A DNA stretch of 51,506 bases, taken from NCBI GenBank assembly GCA_963755715.1, contig CAVWLW010000062.1, positions 1 to 51,506 of the forward strand, read 5' to 3'. The notes below the pieces were generated by a model. That model did no database searches, had not been told where the DNA came from, and saw only the letters and a program-made list of their open reading frames with translations. Shown piece by piece: positions 39,754-50,291 of this stretch (position 1 is its first letter; each line of letters starts with the position of its first letter). The translations under genes and the position numbers were made by a program. Source of the stretch: an uncultured delta proteobacterium (GTDB lineage: Bacteria > Desulfobacterota > Binatia > UBA9968).

Positions 39754-40339
39754 AATCGTCTGCACCTCCCCGGCAAAGCTTTTCAAATTACAGTAGCAAA
39801 TGAGTCTGGCCGAAGCATCCTGCCGCTGTGAATATCATGGTAACGTCTTGTTTAGTGACCCAAGCTCGACTTGACGCAGGATCGTATGGTCAGACGTGTA
39901 CATGGAATCGGATTTCTTGCTGGAAATTGGCTTCTTCGCGCCGATCTGTCGCGGATTGGGGGTCGAGTACAATTGCGCCAGGTCGCTGTCTTTAAAAAAA
40001 ACTTGTGGTTTCTCGCTCTCTGGTTTGATGTCTTCAGTGATCAATATAAACTAGAGCTATGGTTATCCGTTTGAGAGCTGACTGGCGCGCCTGCCTGCTT
40101 GACAGCAGCCAACCCGGATCTCTCGTCCACGATGTTCTTGCGGGCGCCCGGTGATCAGCAGACCCGGCGACCCGGCGGGTGGGCTTTACGAGATAGACTG
40201 CAGCGGCGCCGACTGTCAGGAGCTCCTGACGATCGCCGCGAGGTATTGTCCCGAGGCATTGGGTGAGATCAAAGCAGCGATTGGCCGCGGATGATACGCA
40301 GTGCGCTTTGTTGTTTTGGGAACGCCGGCGATTGGCGCA

Positions 40340-40580
40340 AAGCATTTTTTTCCGTCATCCGCACCTGCGTTGAAAGCTGGCGCCGTCGACCTTGTAATCC
40401 AGCTCGCCGAAGAAAGCGAATGGCCTTGTTCGGCGGCGTGAATTCGCCGATTATTTTGCCGTCCGAAAAGCTCACTTCCTGCTCGTGCTATTGGACCGTG
40501 CGAAAATCCGGCGTCAGCGATTAGGCGCGATCCAAAGTCTGACGCGCGGTCGGAGCAGCGGTAAGCGGCGCAGAAAAAGG
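40340..40580 (-). pseudogene. Decayed C-terminal fragment of a PqaA-like (PhoPQ-activated pathogenicity-related) protein
   Basis: Pieces across frames and stops: RLWIA / SLTPDFRTVQ*HEQ / GELDYKVDG / LSTQVR; family recognised from memory. Confidence 0.35.
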
Positions 40581-41151
40581 TCTAGACCCGGACGCGGAGC
40601 CTAAATGAAAGTCTTTCACGTGGATTTAGTTTGACGGATCCAGTTTGACGATTGCCTGCAACATCACTTGCTCGCTCATAAAATAGTCCGCACCCGGTTT
40701 ACGACTTCGGCTAGTGTCACAATTTCGTTACAATCGTCGGGAAAATGCGAACAAAGTCTGCTCAGCCGAATCCATTCATTTGATCTTTTCATCAAGTCTA
40801 AGGCGTGCACTCACAATCTGTCACGTGTGCCACAAAGCTTTTTTCGGAAATGAAATCTTGTGAACTGAGCCGCCCGAGCGGGTTCTAAAATATTGGGCAG
40901 TAGAAGAAAAAGAGAATCGCCCGCAGAGGTTCCGGCCGACGCTGTGCCGATGCGATCAGGCAGTTGAACGGGACCATTTGAAGGGCGTTTGTCCTAGTTT
41001 TTACATACGACTCTGCCCGGCGCGGTATCCAAAACTCTTTAAAAATAAAGCATCGGCGCATCGGTATCGTTTTTGCGAAACATGGGCCTAATGCACTTAG
41101 GCGCGCGCCATTTATCAATGCGCACTCTCGCAGAAATGAAAGGAGACCATC

Positions 41152-41685
41152 ATGGCGAATCAAAAAAATAGCGTTGGTGAAGTTCAGCAAGCCATCAAGC
41201 AAGGCGCGATAACTCGCGAATACAAAGCCGATGTGGGACATGTGGTCCGAGCACTGAACAGTTTACGTTCCACCGAAATTATGAGCTACCTGCAATACAT
41301 GCAGCACCAGTACATGGCGGTGTCTCTGCTGTCGCCGGGCATGAAGACCGAGTTCGCGGCGCATGCTACCCAAGAACTCGATCATGCCAATCGATTGGCA
41401 GATCGAGTGCAGCAATTGGGTGGTGTCCCTATTTACGATCCGAAAGAAATTTCTTCCAAGGCAGCCAACGTGGGCGTCGCTCCGGAGCAAGGCGCTACTT
41501 TGGCAGAAATGGTCACGGAAGATTTAATGCTGGAAAGGCAGCAAATAGAAGTTTATACCGCTCTCATTCGCGAGATCGGCGACCAAGATTTGGTAACGCG
41601 GCAAGTCTTATTAAGCATTCTCGTAGAAACAGAAAAGCATGCCAGTGAATTGGCCGATTATCTCAAGAGATCGCCGAACCAATGA
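41152..41685 (+). CDS. Ferritin-like diiron protein (bacterioferritin/Dps-like)
   Basis: RBS AAGGAG; E..SYLQY..H, ELDH, LGGVP, ED.MLE, EKH. Confidence 0.85.
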   Translation: MANQKNSVGEVQQAIKQGAITREYKADVGHVVRALNSLRSTEIMSYLQYMQHQYMAVSLLSPGMKTEFAAHATQELDHANRLADRVQQLGGVPIYDPKEISSKAANVGVAPEQGATLAEMVTEDLMLERQQIEVYTALIREIGDQDLVTRQVLLSILVETEKHASELADYLKRSPNQ

Positions 41686-42008
41686 GATACAGCTGATGCT
41701 CCATCCACTTTAAGCGTGTCCGGCGCTGGAGTGCCGCGCGATCGGCGCAGCATTGTCTGTGCCGGTGCGGGCCCCGGCGCCGCTCCGAGGATGCCATCAT
41801 CGCGGTTCTCCTTGCCATCGGACCACACGCTGCGTCATTACCTATCTCGACCTTATTTCCAGACGTTCAATCGCTTCGCTCAAATCTTTTAGACCGGAAC
41901 TTTTTGGCACGTCGCTGTTCTTTATCGATCGGCTGTATAGTGTGTATATTGCAGAGTGATCGAGGCAGCCTGCCAAGCGGTCATTCAAAGCCTTGCGAGC
42001 ATCCGATC

Positions 42009-42902
42009 ATGGAACTTACGATCGAGACGAAATTAGCACTCAACGATGGGCGGCAAATCCCTCAGCTCGGCTTGGGCGTGTGGCAGACTCGCGCCGGCGC
42101 GACCTGTGAAGCAGCCGTGCTCGCCGCGCTGGCAGCAGGATACCGGCACATCGATACTGCGGCCATGTATGGCAACGAGGAGAGTGTGGGCGCCGCCATC
42201 AGAACGAGCGGCATTCCCCGGGAGCAGATTTTCATCACGACCAAATTGTGGAACTCCGATCATGGAAACCCCGAGCGGGCGCTGGACACGAGCCTGCGCA
42301 AGCTCAAGTTGGATTACGTGGATCTTTACTTGATCCACTATCCCGTGCGCGAACGGCGGCAAAGCTGGCGGACTTTGGCAGCGCTGCGAGCCGAGGGCAA
42401 GGCACGTTCAATCGGCGTGAGTAATTTCACGATCAGACACTTGACCGAGCTACTTGCCGAGACGAACACAGTTCCCGCGGTCAACCAGGTGGAGTTTCAC
42501 CCCTATCTATATCAGCGGGATTTGTTGGACTTCTGCGCCGGCAGAGGCATAGTCCTCGAAGCCTATAGTCCCTTGACCAAGGGGGAGCGACTGAAGGATC
42601 CAAAACTCGTCGCAGTCGCCAAAAAATATTCGACAGCGGGAGCAAAGCCGGCGGCTCCGAGGTCGCGATTGCCGCTCGTCGACAGGCTCTCCCGCCGTTC
42701 GGAAACCAAGTCGACTGCGCAAATCCTGATCCGTTGGGCGCTACAACATGGATTGGTGGTGATTCCCAAATCGGCCAATCCTAAACGCATCCTCGAAAAT
42801 GCCGATATCTTTGACTTTGAGATTGACGCCGCGGATATGCAGCTCCTCGATAGCTTTAATGAAAACCTTCGAACCTGCTGGGATCCGACTCATGCACCCT
42901 GA
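42009..42902 (+). CDS. Aldo/keto reductase (AKR5 / 2,5-DKG reductase-like)
   Basis: GYRHIDTAAMYGNE, TTKLWN, DLYLIH, IGVSNF, IPKS. Confidence 0.92.
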   Translation: MELTIETKLALNDGRQIPQLGLGVWQTRAGATCEAAVLAALAAGYRHIDTAAMYGNEESVGAAIRTSGIPREQIFITTKLWNSDHGNPERALDTSLRKLKLDYVDLYLIHYPVRERRQSWRTLAALRAEGKARSIGVSNFTIRHLTELLAETNTVPAVNQVEFHPYLYQRDLLDFCAGRGIVLEAYSPLTKGERLKDPKLVAVAKKYSTAGAKPAAPRSRLPLVDRLSRRSETKSTAQILIRWALQHGLVVIPKSANPKRILENADIFDFEIDAADMQLLDSFNENLRTCWDPTHAP

Positions 42903-43125
42903 GCAGAACTTGCCGCGACTCTGGGTTTTCTTTGGGAACTACTTTGCAACAATTAGTTTAGTCGCGCTTGGCCTCGTCACACTTCGCTTTCGATTCAACT
43001 GAGATTCCCCGCAGCGTAGGGCCGCCGGCTTATCGAAAAAAAATTATTATTTATTTTCTCGTCCGGGATTGATATGCAGTTGAACGGGTCGGTTTATCGG
43101 TTGGCAAGCTGGAAGGGGTCATACC

Positions 43126-44172
43126 ATGACGCGCTTTTCCACTCATGCAAATCGTTGCCTATCAATCCGGCTTTGCTTGGTAACCGCGTCGATTGCCATT
43201 GCGGCTCTGGGAAAACCAGGACAAGCCGAGTGCGCCGGCGCGCCAACCCGCGTCGTGATCGCCTATCCGAGTCCGACCCCTAGAGTGGCGCCGCTCTGGC
43301 TCGCCCAAGACTTGGACTTCTTCGGCAAATATAACCTTGCCGCGCAAATCGTGCTGGTGCGCAATAACCAGATGCTCGCGGCGGGACTCGCCGCGGGCGA
43401 CATCGACGTCGGCTATACCGGTGGGACCACGGTGCTCGGCGCCGCGGCAGCCGGCGTGGAGCTAAGATTGGTCGCCGGGTTTGTCAGCCGCGGCCGAGGT
43501 TACCTGGTGGTTCGACCCGACATCAAGAAACCCGCGGATTTGGCCGGCAAACGGGTCGGCGTGCAAAGCATCGGCGGAACGCTCTGGATGTACGTCATCC
43601 TGACTCTCGAACAACTTGGTTTGGATACGACGCGGGACCGCATTCACCTGCTCGTGATCGGCGATCAAACGATCATCGGCCGGGCGCTGGAATCGCAGGT
43701 GATCGACGCTGCGGTCTTGACGACGCGCACTTACATTCCGGGTCTCAAGCAAAAGGGGTTTTCGGTCTTGACGGAAGTCACGCCGGCGATGGCCGCGACC
43801 GGGATCGTCGCGCGAAAAAGTTATCTGCAGAAAAATCCCGAGGTCCTCGAGAACATCATGAAAGCGCTGATCGAGGGCGAACATTACATGATGGCTCCCG
43901 GCGGCAAAGCCCAATCGATCAAGACCATCATGTCACGGCTCAAGCTGGCCGACCCCGCAGTCGCAGAAGAAGGGCACGCCGACGCGATCAAAGAATTCGA
44001 TCCCAAGCCCTTCCCGTCCCTTGAAGGACTCAAAAACATGCAAAGACTGTTGGCGATGCAAAATCCCCGGCTCGCCGACGTCAACGTGGCAAATCTCATC
44101 GATGTCACACTTATGCGCAAGCTCGAAGACGGCGGTTTTTTCACCCAGCTCCAGACGCGTTATCGGGAATGA
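43126..44172 (+). CDS. ABC substrate-binding protein, SsuA/THI5 type
   Basis: Signal peptide; FFGKYNL, DLAGKRVGVQSIGG. Confidence 0.85.
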   Translation: MTRFSTHANRCLSIRLCLVTASIAIAALGKPGQAECAGAPTRVVIAYPSPTPRVAPLWLAQDLDFFGKYNLAAQIVLVRNNQMLAAGLAAGDIDVGYTGGTTVLGAAAAGVELRLVAGFVSRGRGYLVVRPDIKKPADLAGKRVGVQSIGGTLWMYVILTLEQLGLDTTRDRIHLLVIGDQTIIGRALESQVIDAAVLTTRTYIPGLKQKGFSVLTEVTPAMAATGIVARKSYLQKNPEVLENIMKALIEGEHYMMAPGGKAQSIKTIMSRLKLADPAVAEEGHADAIKEFDPKPFPSLEGLKNMQRLLAMQNPRLADVNVANLIDVTLMRKLEDGGFFTQLQTRYRE

Positions 44173-44262
44173 ATCGAGAAGCTGTCGCGTATCCGCGGGC
44201 CGCGCCAGCAACCTATTACTTGAATTAACCGCAGCAGCAAAAACTCGGAAGGAGAAAAACTC

Positions 44263-45306
44263 ATGGGCCAGCTCACCGCCATCGACGCCGACGGACACGT
44301 GATCGAGAAGGAAAGCGAGATCCGCAAGTATCTGAAAGCGCCTTGGAACCAACGTTCGACGGCGCTTCGTCCCGGCGACCAGCCCTGGGACAATTATATG
44401 TTCGACCACTTTGTCACCGAGCGCACCTGGAGCCGGCTCTCCGCCCGCGAGCAAGTGGAGCGCTGGGAGGACATCTTGGACGAACATCAGATCGAGACCG
44501 CCGTTTGTTTTCCGACGGGCTCGGGCAGCGTGGTGCGGCTCCAGGAGCTGCAGTTTCAAATCGCCGTGGCGCAAGCGTGTAACGATCACTTCGCCGCGGA
44601 GTATAACGCGCTCTCCGAGCGCGTGAAGTGCGTCGGCGTTTTGCCGATGCGCTCGCCCCAGGCCGCCGCCGAAGAGCTGGAGCGCGCGGTCAAGGAGCGC
44701 GGGCTCATCGGTTTTGAGATACTGCCGGTCGGTTTGCCGATGGCGCTCGGCGATTCTTTCTACGATCCGGTGTATGCCGCGGCGGAAAGGTGCGGCGCGA
44801 CGCTCGGCATCCACGGCACGCGGAGCTGGTCGCGCGAGCTGGGCGCCCAGGGCCTGAACACCTTCGCCGAAGTGCACGCCTACGCCTTTACCGCCGGCAT
44901 CCTGCTGCAGTTTACCAGCATGATTTGCCAGGGCGTGCCGCTGCGGTTTCCCAAGCTGCGCCTCGCCTTCCTGGAAATCGGCGCGACATGGCTGCCGTAT
45001 TATTTGGATCGCCTCGACGAGCATTGGGAGAAACGCGCGGCCGTCGAGATGCCCCTGCTCAAAGAAAAGCCCAGCGAATTGGTCAGAAAGTCCGAGGTTT
45101 ATTTCAGCATCGAACCCGGCGAATCGCAGTTGGCGCACACGATCGATTACCTCGGCGCCGAGCATTTTCTCTTTGCTTCGGATATTCCGCACTGGGACTG
45201 CGAGTTTCCCGGAAACCTGCAGCATATCCGCAACCACGCGGCGTTATCTGACGAGGTTAAAGAACAAATCCTTTACAAGAACGGCAAGCGGCTTTTTAAC
45301 TTGTGA
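44263..45306 (+). CDS. Amidohydrolase_2 family protein
   Basis: IDADGHVIE, GIHG, FASDIPHWD. Confidence 0.9.
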   Translation: MGQLTAIDADGHVIEKESEIRKYLKAPWNQRSTALRPGDQPWDNYMFDHFVTERTWSRLSAREQVERWEDILDEHQIETAVCFPTGSGSVVRLQELQFQIAVAQACNDHFAAEYNALSERVKCVGVLPMRSPQAAAEELERAVKERGLIGFEILPVGLPMALGDSFYDPVYAAAERCGATLGIHGTRSWSRELGAQGLNTFAEVHAYAFTAGILLQFTSMICQGVPLRFPKLRLAFLEIGATWLPYYLDRLDEHWEKRAAVEMPLLKEKPSELVRKSEVYFSIEPGESQLAHTIDYLGAEHFLFASDIPHWDCEFPGNLQHIRNHAALSDEVKEQILYKNGKRLFNL

Positions 45307-45402
45307 ATGTGTCGACGATGAATCGCCGGCAGTGGAGTTGACAGGATAGTGCGCTAGCGCATACGTTGGCCTCAAAACAATTCGAAAGTGAGGAGTATTC
45401 CC

Positions 45403-46032
45403 ATGCTGACGCTCTATTTCAGTCCCGGCGCATGTTCTTTGGCCTCTCATATCGGTCTCGAAGAAACCGGCGCGCCTTATGAGGCAAAGCCGATCCTGCT
45501 CGCCAAGGGACAGCAGAGGACCGAGGAATATCAGAAGATCAACCCGCGCGGTAAAGTACCGGCGCTTAGTGTCGACGGCAAGATCCTTGTCGAGAACACG
45601 GCGATACTCACTTACCTGGCGCGGCGGTTTCCGGAAAAGAAACTGATGCCGGCCGATCCGTCCGAGGAGGCGCGCGGCATCGGGACTATGTGCTGGTTCT
45701 CCAGTATCGTGCATCCCTCGTACCAGCGCGTGAACCGGCCCGAACGGTTTGCTGAAGGCGAAGCGGCGCACGCCGGGGTAAAAGAAAACGGAAGGAAATC
45801 ATTCTGGGCCAATTGCCAGGAAATCGACTCCATGTTCCGGGGAAACGAGTGGATCATGGGCAATGATTACACGCTCGTCGATCCCTACGCGCTGGTTTTC
45901 TACGGCTGGGGTGTGCGCGGCGGATTTCCCATGAAGGAGCTCAGCGCTTACACGGCATGGCAGGAACGCATGATGAAGCGCCCGACGGTTAAGAAAACCG
46001 TAGACGCCGAGCAGAACGTTTCGACATCATAG
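45403..46032 (+). CDS. Glutathione S-transferase (beta class-like)
   Basis: YFSPGACSLASHI, INPRGKVPAL, ENTAI. Confidence 0.92.
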   Translation: MLTLYFSPGACSLASHIGLEETGAPYEAKPILLAKGQQRTEEYQKINPRGKVPALSVDGKILVENTAILTYLARRFPEKKLMPADPSEEARGIGTMCWFSSIVHPSYQRVNRPERFAEGEAAHAGVKENGRKSFWANCQEIDSMFRGNEWIMGNDYTLVDPYALVFYGWGVRGGFPMKELSAYTAWQERMMKRPTVKKTVDAEQNVSTS

Positions 46033-46413
46033 CTTGACTCAAGTCAGACTTGGCTTGTCACTGATCCGTTTGATTCTTGAAAGATTTGAACGAAGCGAAG
46101 CGTTTGAACCCTTCGAGAAACTCCGCAGGCTCTTGGAACGACTGGAACCATTTGGGCTCGTAGCCGTTCCGCGCCTGATACTCTGTAGCAACACATTTGA
46201 TCTCTCCCGTCGGTCAAAGCACAACCGGGAAAAGCGCTCGAAAAATTGCGATAGACATTGAGATCTCGCTGCAGTAGAGAAGCTTTCAGAAGCGCAGCGA
46301 ACGTTCAATCTGTTTCGGTGCCGGAGGAGAACCCGGTCATCTCTCGATAAGCGCTTCTTTGCTTGGGGTTTCGAAACGGCTAAAACTTCACGTCGCTGAC
46401 GCAAGGCGCACCC

Positions 46414-47580
46414 ATGGCCACCGGAGAGACTCGATCGCCGCTTGACGCCGCGCAGGAGATGGCCCCGACCATCCGATCCTGCGCCGATCGGATCGAAAAG
46501 GATCGGGAGCTGCCGCGGCCGCTTTTTGAGGCGTTGGCGGCCGCCGGCCTTTTCGAGCTGTTGATTCCGCGTACCGTCGGCGGCGCCGAGGTCGACTTGC
46601 CGACCTACGTGCGAGTTCTGGAAGAGCTCGGCAAAGCCGACGCGAGCACCGGCTGGGTCGTCAATCAGTGCGCGGTCTTCGCAACCTACGCCGCGCAAAT
46701 GCCGCGCGACATCGCGCGCTTGATCTGGATCGACACGCCGCACAGCGTCGTCGCCAATACTCCGGTGGCCACGGCCCAGGCAGTCGTAGTCCCCGGCGGT
46801 TACCGGGTCAGCGGGCGACAGGGCTTCAGCTCGGGTTGCCGGCACGCGGCCTGGCTGGCGGCACGCGCTCTGATCCAGGAAAACGGCCAACCCAGACTTT
46901 CAGACGGTCAACCCGAGGAGCGCTACCTGTTTGTGCCCGCTGCCGAGGCCGAGCTGCTGGACACGTGGAACGTGCGTGGTATGCGCGGGACCGGGACCCA
47001 TCACTTTGTCGTGAAGGATATCTTCGTGCCCGCCGAGAGAACGGTTCTTCAGGCCGGAGCGCCGCTCTTGGAAAGCGGACCGCTCTACCAATTCCCACGG
47101 AGATTGCTGTTCGCCTCCGGCGACGCTGCGGTGGCGTTGGGAACAGCGCGCGGGTGCTTGGATGCGTTTTTTGACCTTGCCGGCGCCAAGACGCCTCGCT
47201 CCATGCAGGCCACCCTGCGGGATCAACCGGCGATTCAAGCGACCGTCGGCCGCAGCGAAGCTCAACTACGATCCGCGCGCGCCTTTTTGATCGAATCGGT
47301 GCGCGACATTTGGAGCGAGGCGGTGTCCACCGGTGCCATCAGCTCGGACCGGCGCGCCGTCCTCCGTCTGGCTACGACCCATGCGATTCGGCTGGCGGTG
47401 GACGTCGTCGATTCTGTTTACAATGCTTGCGGCGTTACGGCGATCTTCGAAGGCAACCCGATCCAGCGTTACTTCCAAGACATTCACGTGATCAGCCAGC
47501 ATACCCAGGCCCGCCTCGCCCACTACGAATTGATCGGAAAACATGCGCTGGGACTGAAGGTCGATCAAGCGCGATTCTAA
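46414..47580 (+). CDS. Acyl-CoA-dehydrogenase-fold flavin-dependent monooxygenase (HsaA/group D-like)
   Basis: ADASTGW, FSSGC.HA.W, TW...GMRGTGT, QRYFQDIH..SQH. Confidence 0.85.
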   Translation: MATGETRSPLDAAQEMAPTIRSCADRIEKDRELPRPLFEALAAAGLFELLIPRTVGGAEVDLPTYVRVLEELGKADASTGWVVNQCAVFATYAAQMPRDIARLIWIDTPHSVVANTPVATAQAVVVPGGYRVSGRQGFSSGCRHAAWLAARALIQENGQPRLSDGQPEERYLFVPAAEAELLDTWNVRGMRGTGTHHFVVKDIFVPAERTVLQAGAPLLESGPLYQFPRRLLFASGDAAVALGTARGCLDAFFDLAGAKTPRSMQATLRDQPAIQATVGRSEAQLRSARAFLIESVRDIWSEAVSTGAISSDRRAVLRLATTHAIRLAVDVVDSVYNACGVTAIFEGNPIQRYFQDIHVISQHTQARLAHYELIGKHALGLKVDQARF

Positions 47581-47724
47581 TCCGAACATACCTCAGCGGA
47601 TTCGAGCGCTGATCGCGCTGCGCCTGCGGCTGAGCACGCCGTCGTCTTCGTGGATCCTACGGGATATCGGACAGCAGATGCCACTTATCTCTCGCTACCG
47701 AAGCTGCCCAAGAGCGCGACGTTC

Positions 47725-47850
47725 GACCGTATCCCACAGGCTGGGATTCGGGGCAACGACCACATCATGATGTGGAACACCAACAGCGATCAAATCGCCG
47801 ACCTGGTGCTCAAGTGGATTGAAAAACATATCGAGAAAAAAGAAAGTGAA
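47725..47850 (+). pseudogene. C-terminal fragment of an alpha/beta hydrolase related to the gene at 67-1260
   Basis: GIRGNDHIMMWNTNSDQIADLVLKWIEKHI versus GIHGTGHMMMLEKNSLEIAQLIARWLERHV. Confidence 0.65.
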
Positions 47851-48093
47851 GACGCCTTGGTGAGCCGTTGGGGCGAAAGATCGTTCAGTTTTAGAGAAAT
47901 TGTTTCTGTCTTTGTTTATAGGCAGCTAAGCCAAGTCCGACGGTTGATTCCCGTAGAGACACATTAGGAATCAAAGTCCCGCCCCTCATGTTCCCTTGCT
48001 CTGGGATCGATCTTGTCCAGCTGGGCGACAGCGTCCTTGAGAGTGTACTGGAAGGATTTGAACTCCCCAAGTGGATGAATCGCGACAGTTCTT

Positions 48094-49351
48094 TTACTCG
48101 AATTTTTTGCCGCCGAGATAGATCGTCTGAATAGTCCGCATGTTCGTGATGTTTTCGAGCGGATTTTTCTCCAGCACCAGCAGGTCGGCGGCCTTGCCTT
48201 TGGCGAGGACGCCGAATTCCTTGTCGATCCCCAGGGCTTCCGAGGCGCTCTTCGAAAAGGACTGGATCACCTGCATCGGCGTCAGACCCGACTGCACCAT
48301 CAGCTCCATCTCCCGGTGTTCTGAATAAGCCCTGGATGAAGAAGCGGTCGGCGGCGCCTCCGCTATCGGTGCCGAAGGCGATCCGCACTCCACCGTCGGA
48401 CAATTTCTTCAGATTGACCTTGTTCATTTCGAAGCCCGCTTTGATCAGGGCTCGCTGCGGGTTCTTCAACTGCTCCTCCCGGATCTTGGTTTTCAGCACC
48501 GTCAAGCGCTCCGGCGGCACGAACTTGAGGAAGAACGGATCGTCGATCCAAGCCGGCGCGTCGCCGTAGACGAACAGCAGTTCGTCGCGGACCAGGGTCG
48601 GAATGAGCGTCACGTTGCGCTGCTTGAGCAAGGAGATAAATTCGCCGTCCACTTCCCGGTCGCGCACGTTGTGGGCCAGGACATTCAGCCCCCGCTCCAC
48701 GAGCATCTTCGCATCGACAAGCTCGTAGGCGTGGCCGAAGGTGAGCTTGCCGTGCTTGCGCGCCTGATCGATGACGGCGGCGCAGAACTCAGGACTGAGC
48801 TTGGCCCGCGTGCCGAACCCGCTGTCCACCCACAGCTTGATATAGTCGGCGCCGGCGGCAACGGTCTGGTCGACCTTGGCGCGCGCCTGCTCCGGCGTGA
48901 CCACCTCGGGGTCGGGCGCAAAGCGGTACTTTATCGTGGAGACTCTCGCGCCGCGCAACTCGCCGCGCTTTTGCGCTTCCCGCACCTGGACGACTTCATC
49001 CGGATCAGTCTGCATGCTCGTCGTAGTGGTCACGCCGTAAAGCGCGTACTGGCGCAGTTGGGGCTCGGTTTTCGCTCCCACGTGGCCGTGCGCGTTGATG
49101 ATGCCCGGCGCGATGAACTTGCCGCTGAGGTCCAACACGGTGGCGCCGGCCGGAACCGGCGTCTTCGATGACGGTCCCATATCGCGGATGCGGCCGTTCT
49201 CGATGATGATGGTGAAGTCTTTCTGCGGGCCCGCGCCGGTGCCGTCGACCACGGTGGCACGAGTGAGGACAATGACTTGCGCCGCCGCGCTCACCGCAAA
49301 CAAGAGCGCCGCCGCTAAAACAAGAACGATCAGAATTCTCGGCTCTCGCAT
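48094..49351 (-). CDS. Secreted amidohydrolase (Amidohydro_1; +1 frameshift near 48330)
   Basis: Signal peptide; PGIINAHGH, YGVTT, FGTDSG; the second ORF supplies HREMELMVQSGLTP...GKAADLLVL..NPL. Confidence 0.85.
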
Positions 49352-49645
49352 ATCGATTCTCCCTAAATGGTTTGCCCTTTCGCCTTCGTTTGTCTTTCTT
49401 GCGTCCACCGCCGGTGGCGCGATTGCCTTTCCATCAGACCGGGCATCCGTCCCGGCCTTCTGGAGCAGATCTTCCAACCGCCGGCGTAATTGTTGCCGAC
49501 GCGTTTCTCGGGCGGCTTTCACGTCTCTGTAGAGTTGCTACGTATCTTCATGAAGGATTGGAAATCGCGGCTGCCCGCTCTGATCGACCGAACGGACAAA
49601 TTATCAGCGTCCGGTCGCGCCTGAGAAAAAGAAACCGACGCCGGT

Positions 49646-50032
49646 TTACCTTCTCCGCATGAGGACTTTTTGGATGTTTTCCGCCCTGCTTTCGACGACG
49701 TCGGCTAGGAAGCGCCCCGTCTGGCTTTCTTCGATGGCTCTCTTCATCACGTCCGCGCCTTCGGCGCGCCATTCCGCGACTTTGATGAACGGATACTTCT
49801 TCTGAAACTCCTGGGCGACGGCTTTAAACCAGGTATGCGAGTTATAGAAAACAACCTGTCCTTCCTTCTTCGCGCCCTGAACAAGAACGGTCTCACGATC
49901 TGCGCCCTGGTAAAGCGCAAGCTGCGAAACGGGCATGGGCGCGCTGGCGGCAAGCGCATTTGTGGCAGCGAAAATTAAAATCCCGACGGTAAGTAAATTA
50001 TTTACCGTTCGAAGGCCTCGAAACCGGAACAT
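49646..50032 (-). pseudogene. Truncated extracellular solute-binding protein (Fe3+/polyamine-type)
   Basis: Signal peptide; GAKKEGQVVFY, FQKKYPFIKV; ends at 128 aa with no continuation in other frames. Confidence 0.65.
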
Positions 50033-50291
50033 GTTGTCTCCTTTGCCGGAAGTATGGCTAGCCGGATGCTAAGAATTACCGCCACTGCTGTCAATCCAAA
50101 AAAAAATGGCATGCGTGTCGTGTTCGAGTGTCACCGATAGCAGGTTCGCTCATAAGGCAACCAAGTCTGATATCGTGCTGAACGATTTGAACGCTCGCGA
50201 AGGTTGTTGGACATCTGAAACTGCGCGAGGCGCTGAAAAATTTGGAACACTTCCGACTCACAGTGCTATAATTCCACGCATCAGGTGGCCT

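Noticed and set aside
47891-49522. 543-aa amidohydrolase as given in the ORF track
   Set aside because: The RBS and signal peptide point to a start at 49351, and the true C-terminus is in the 48094-48393 frame.
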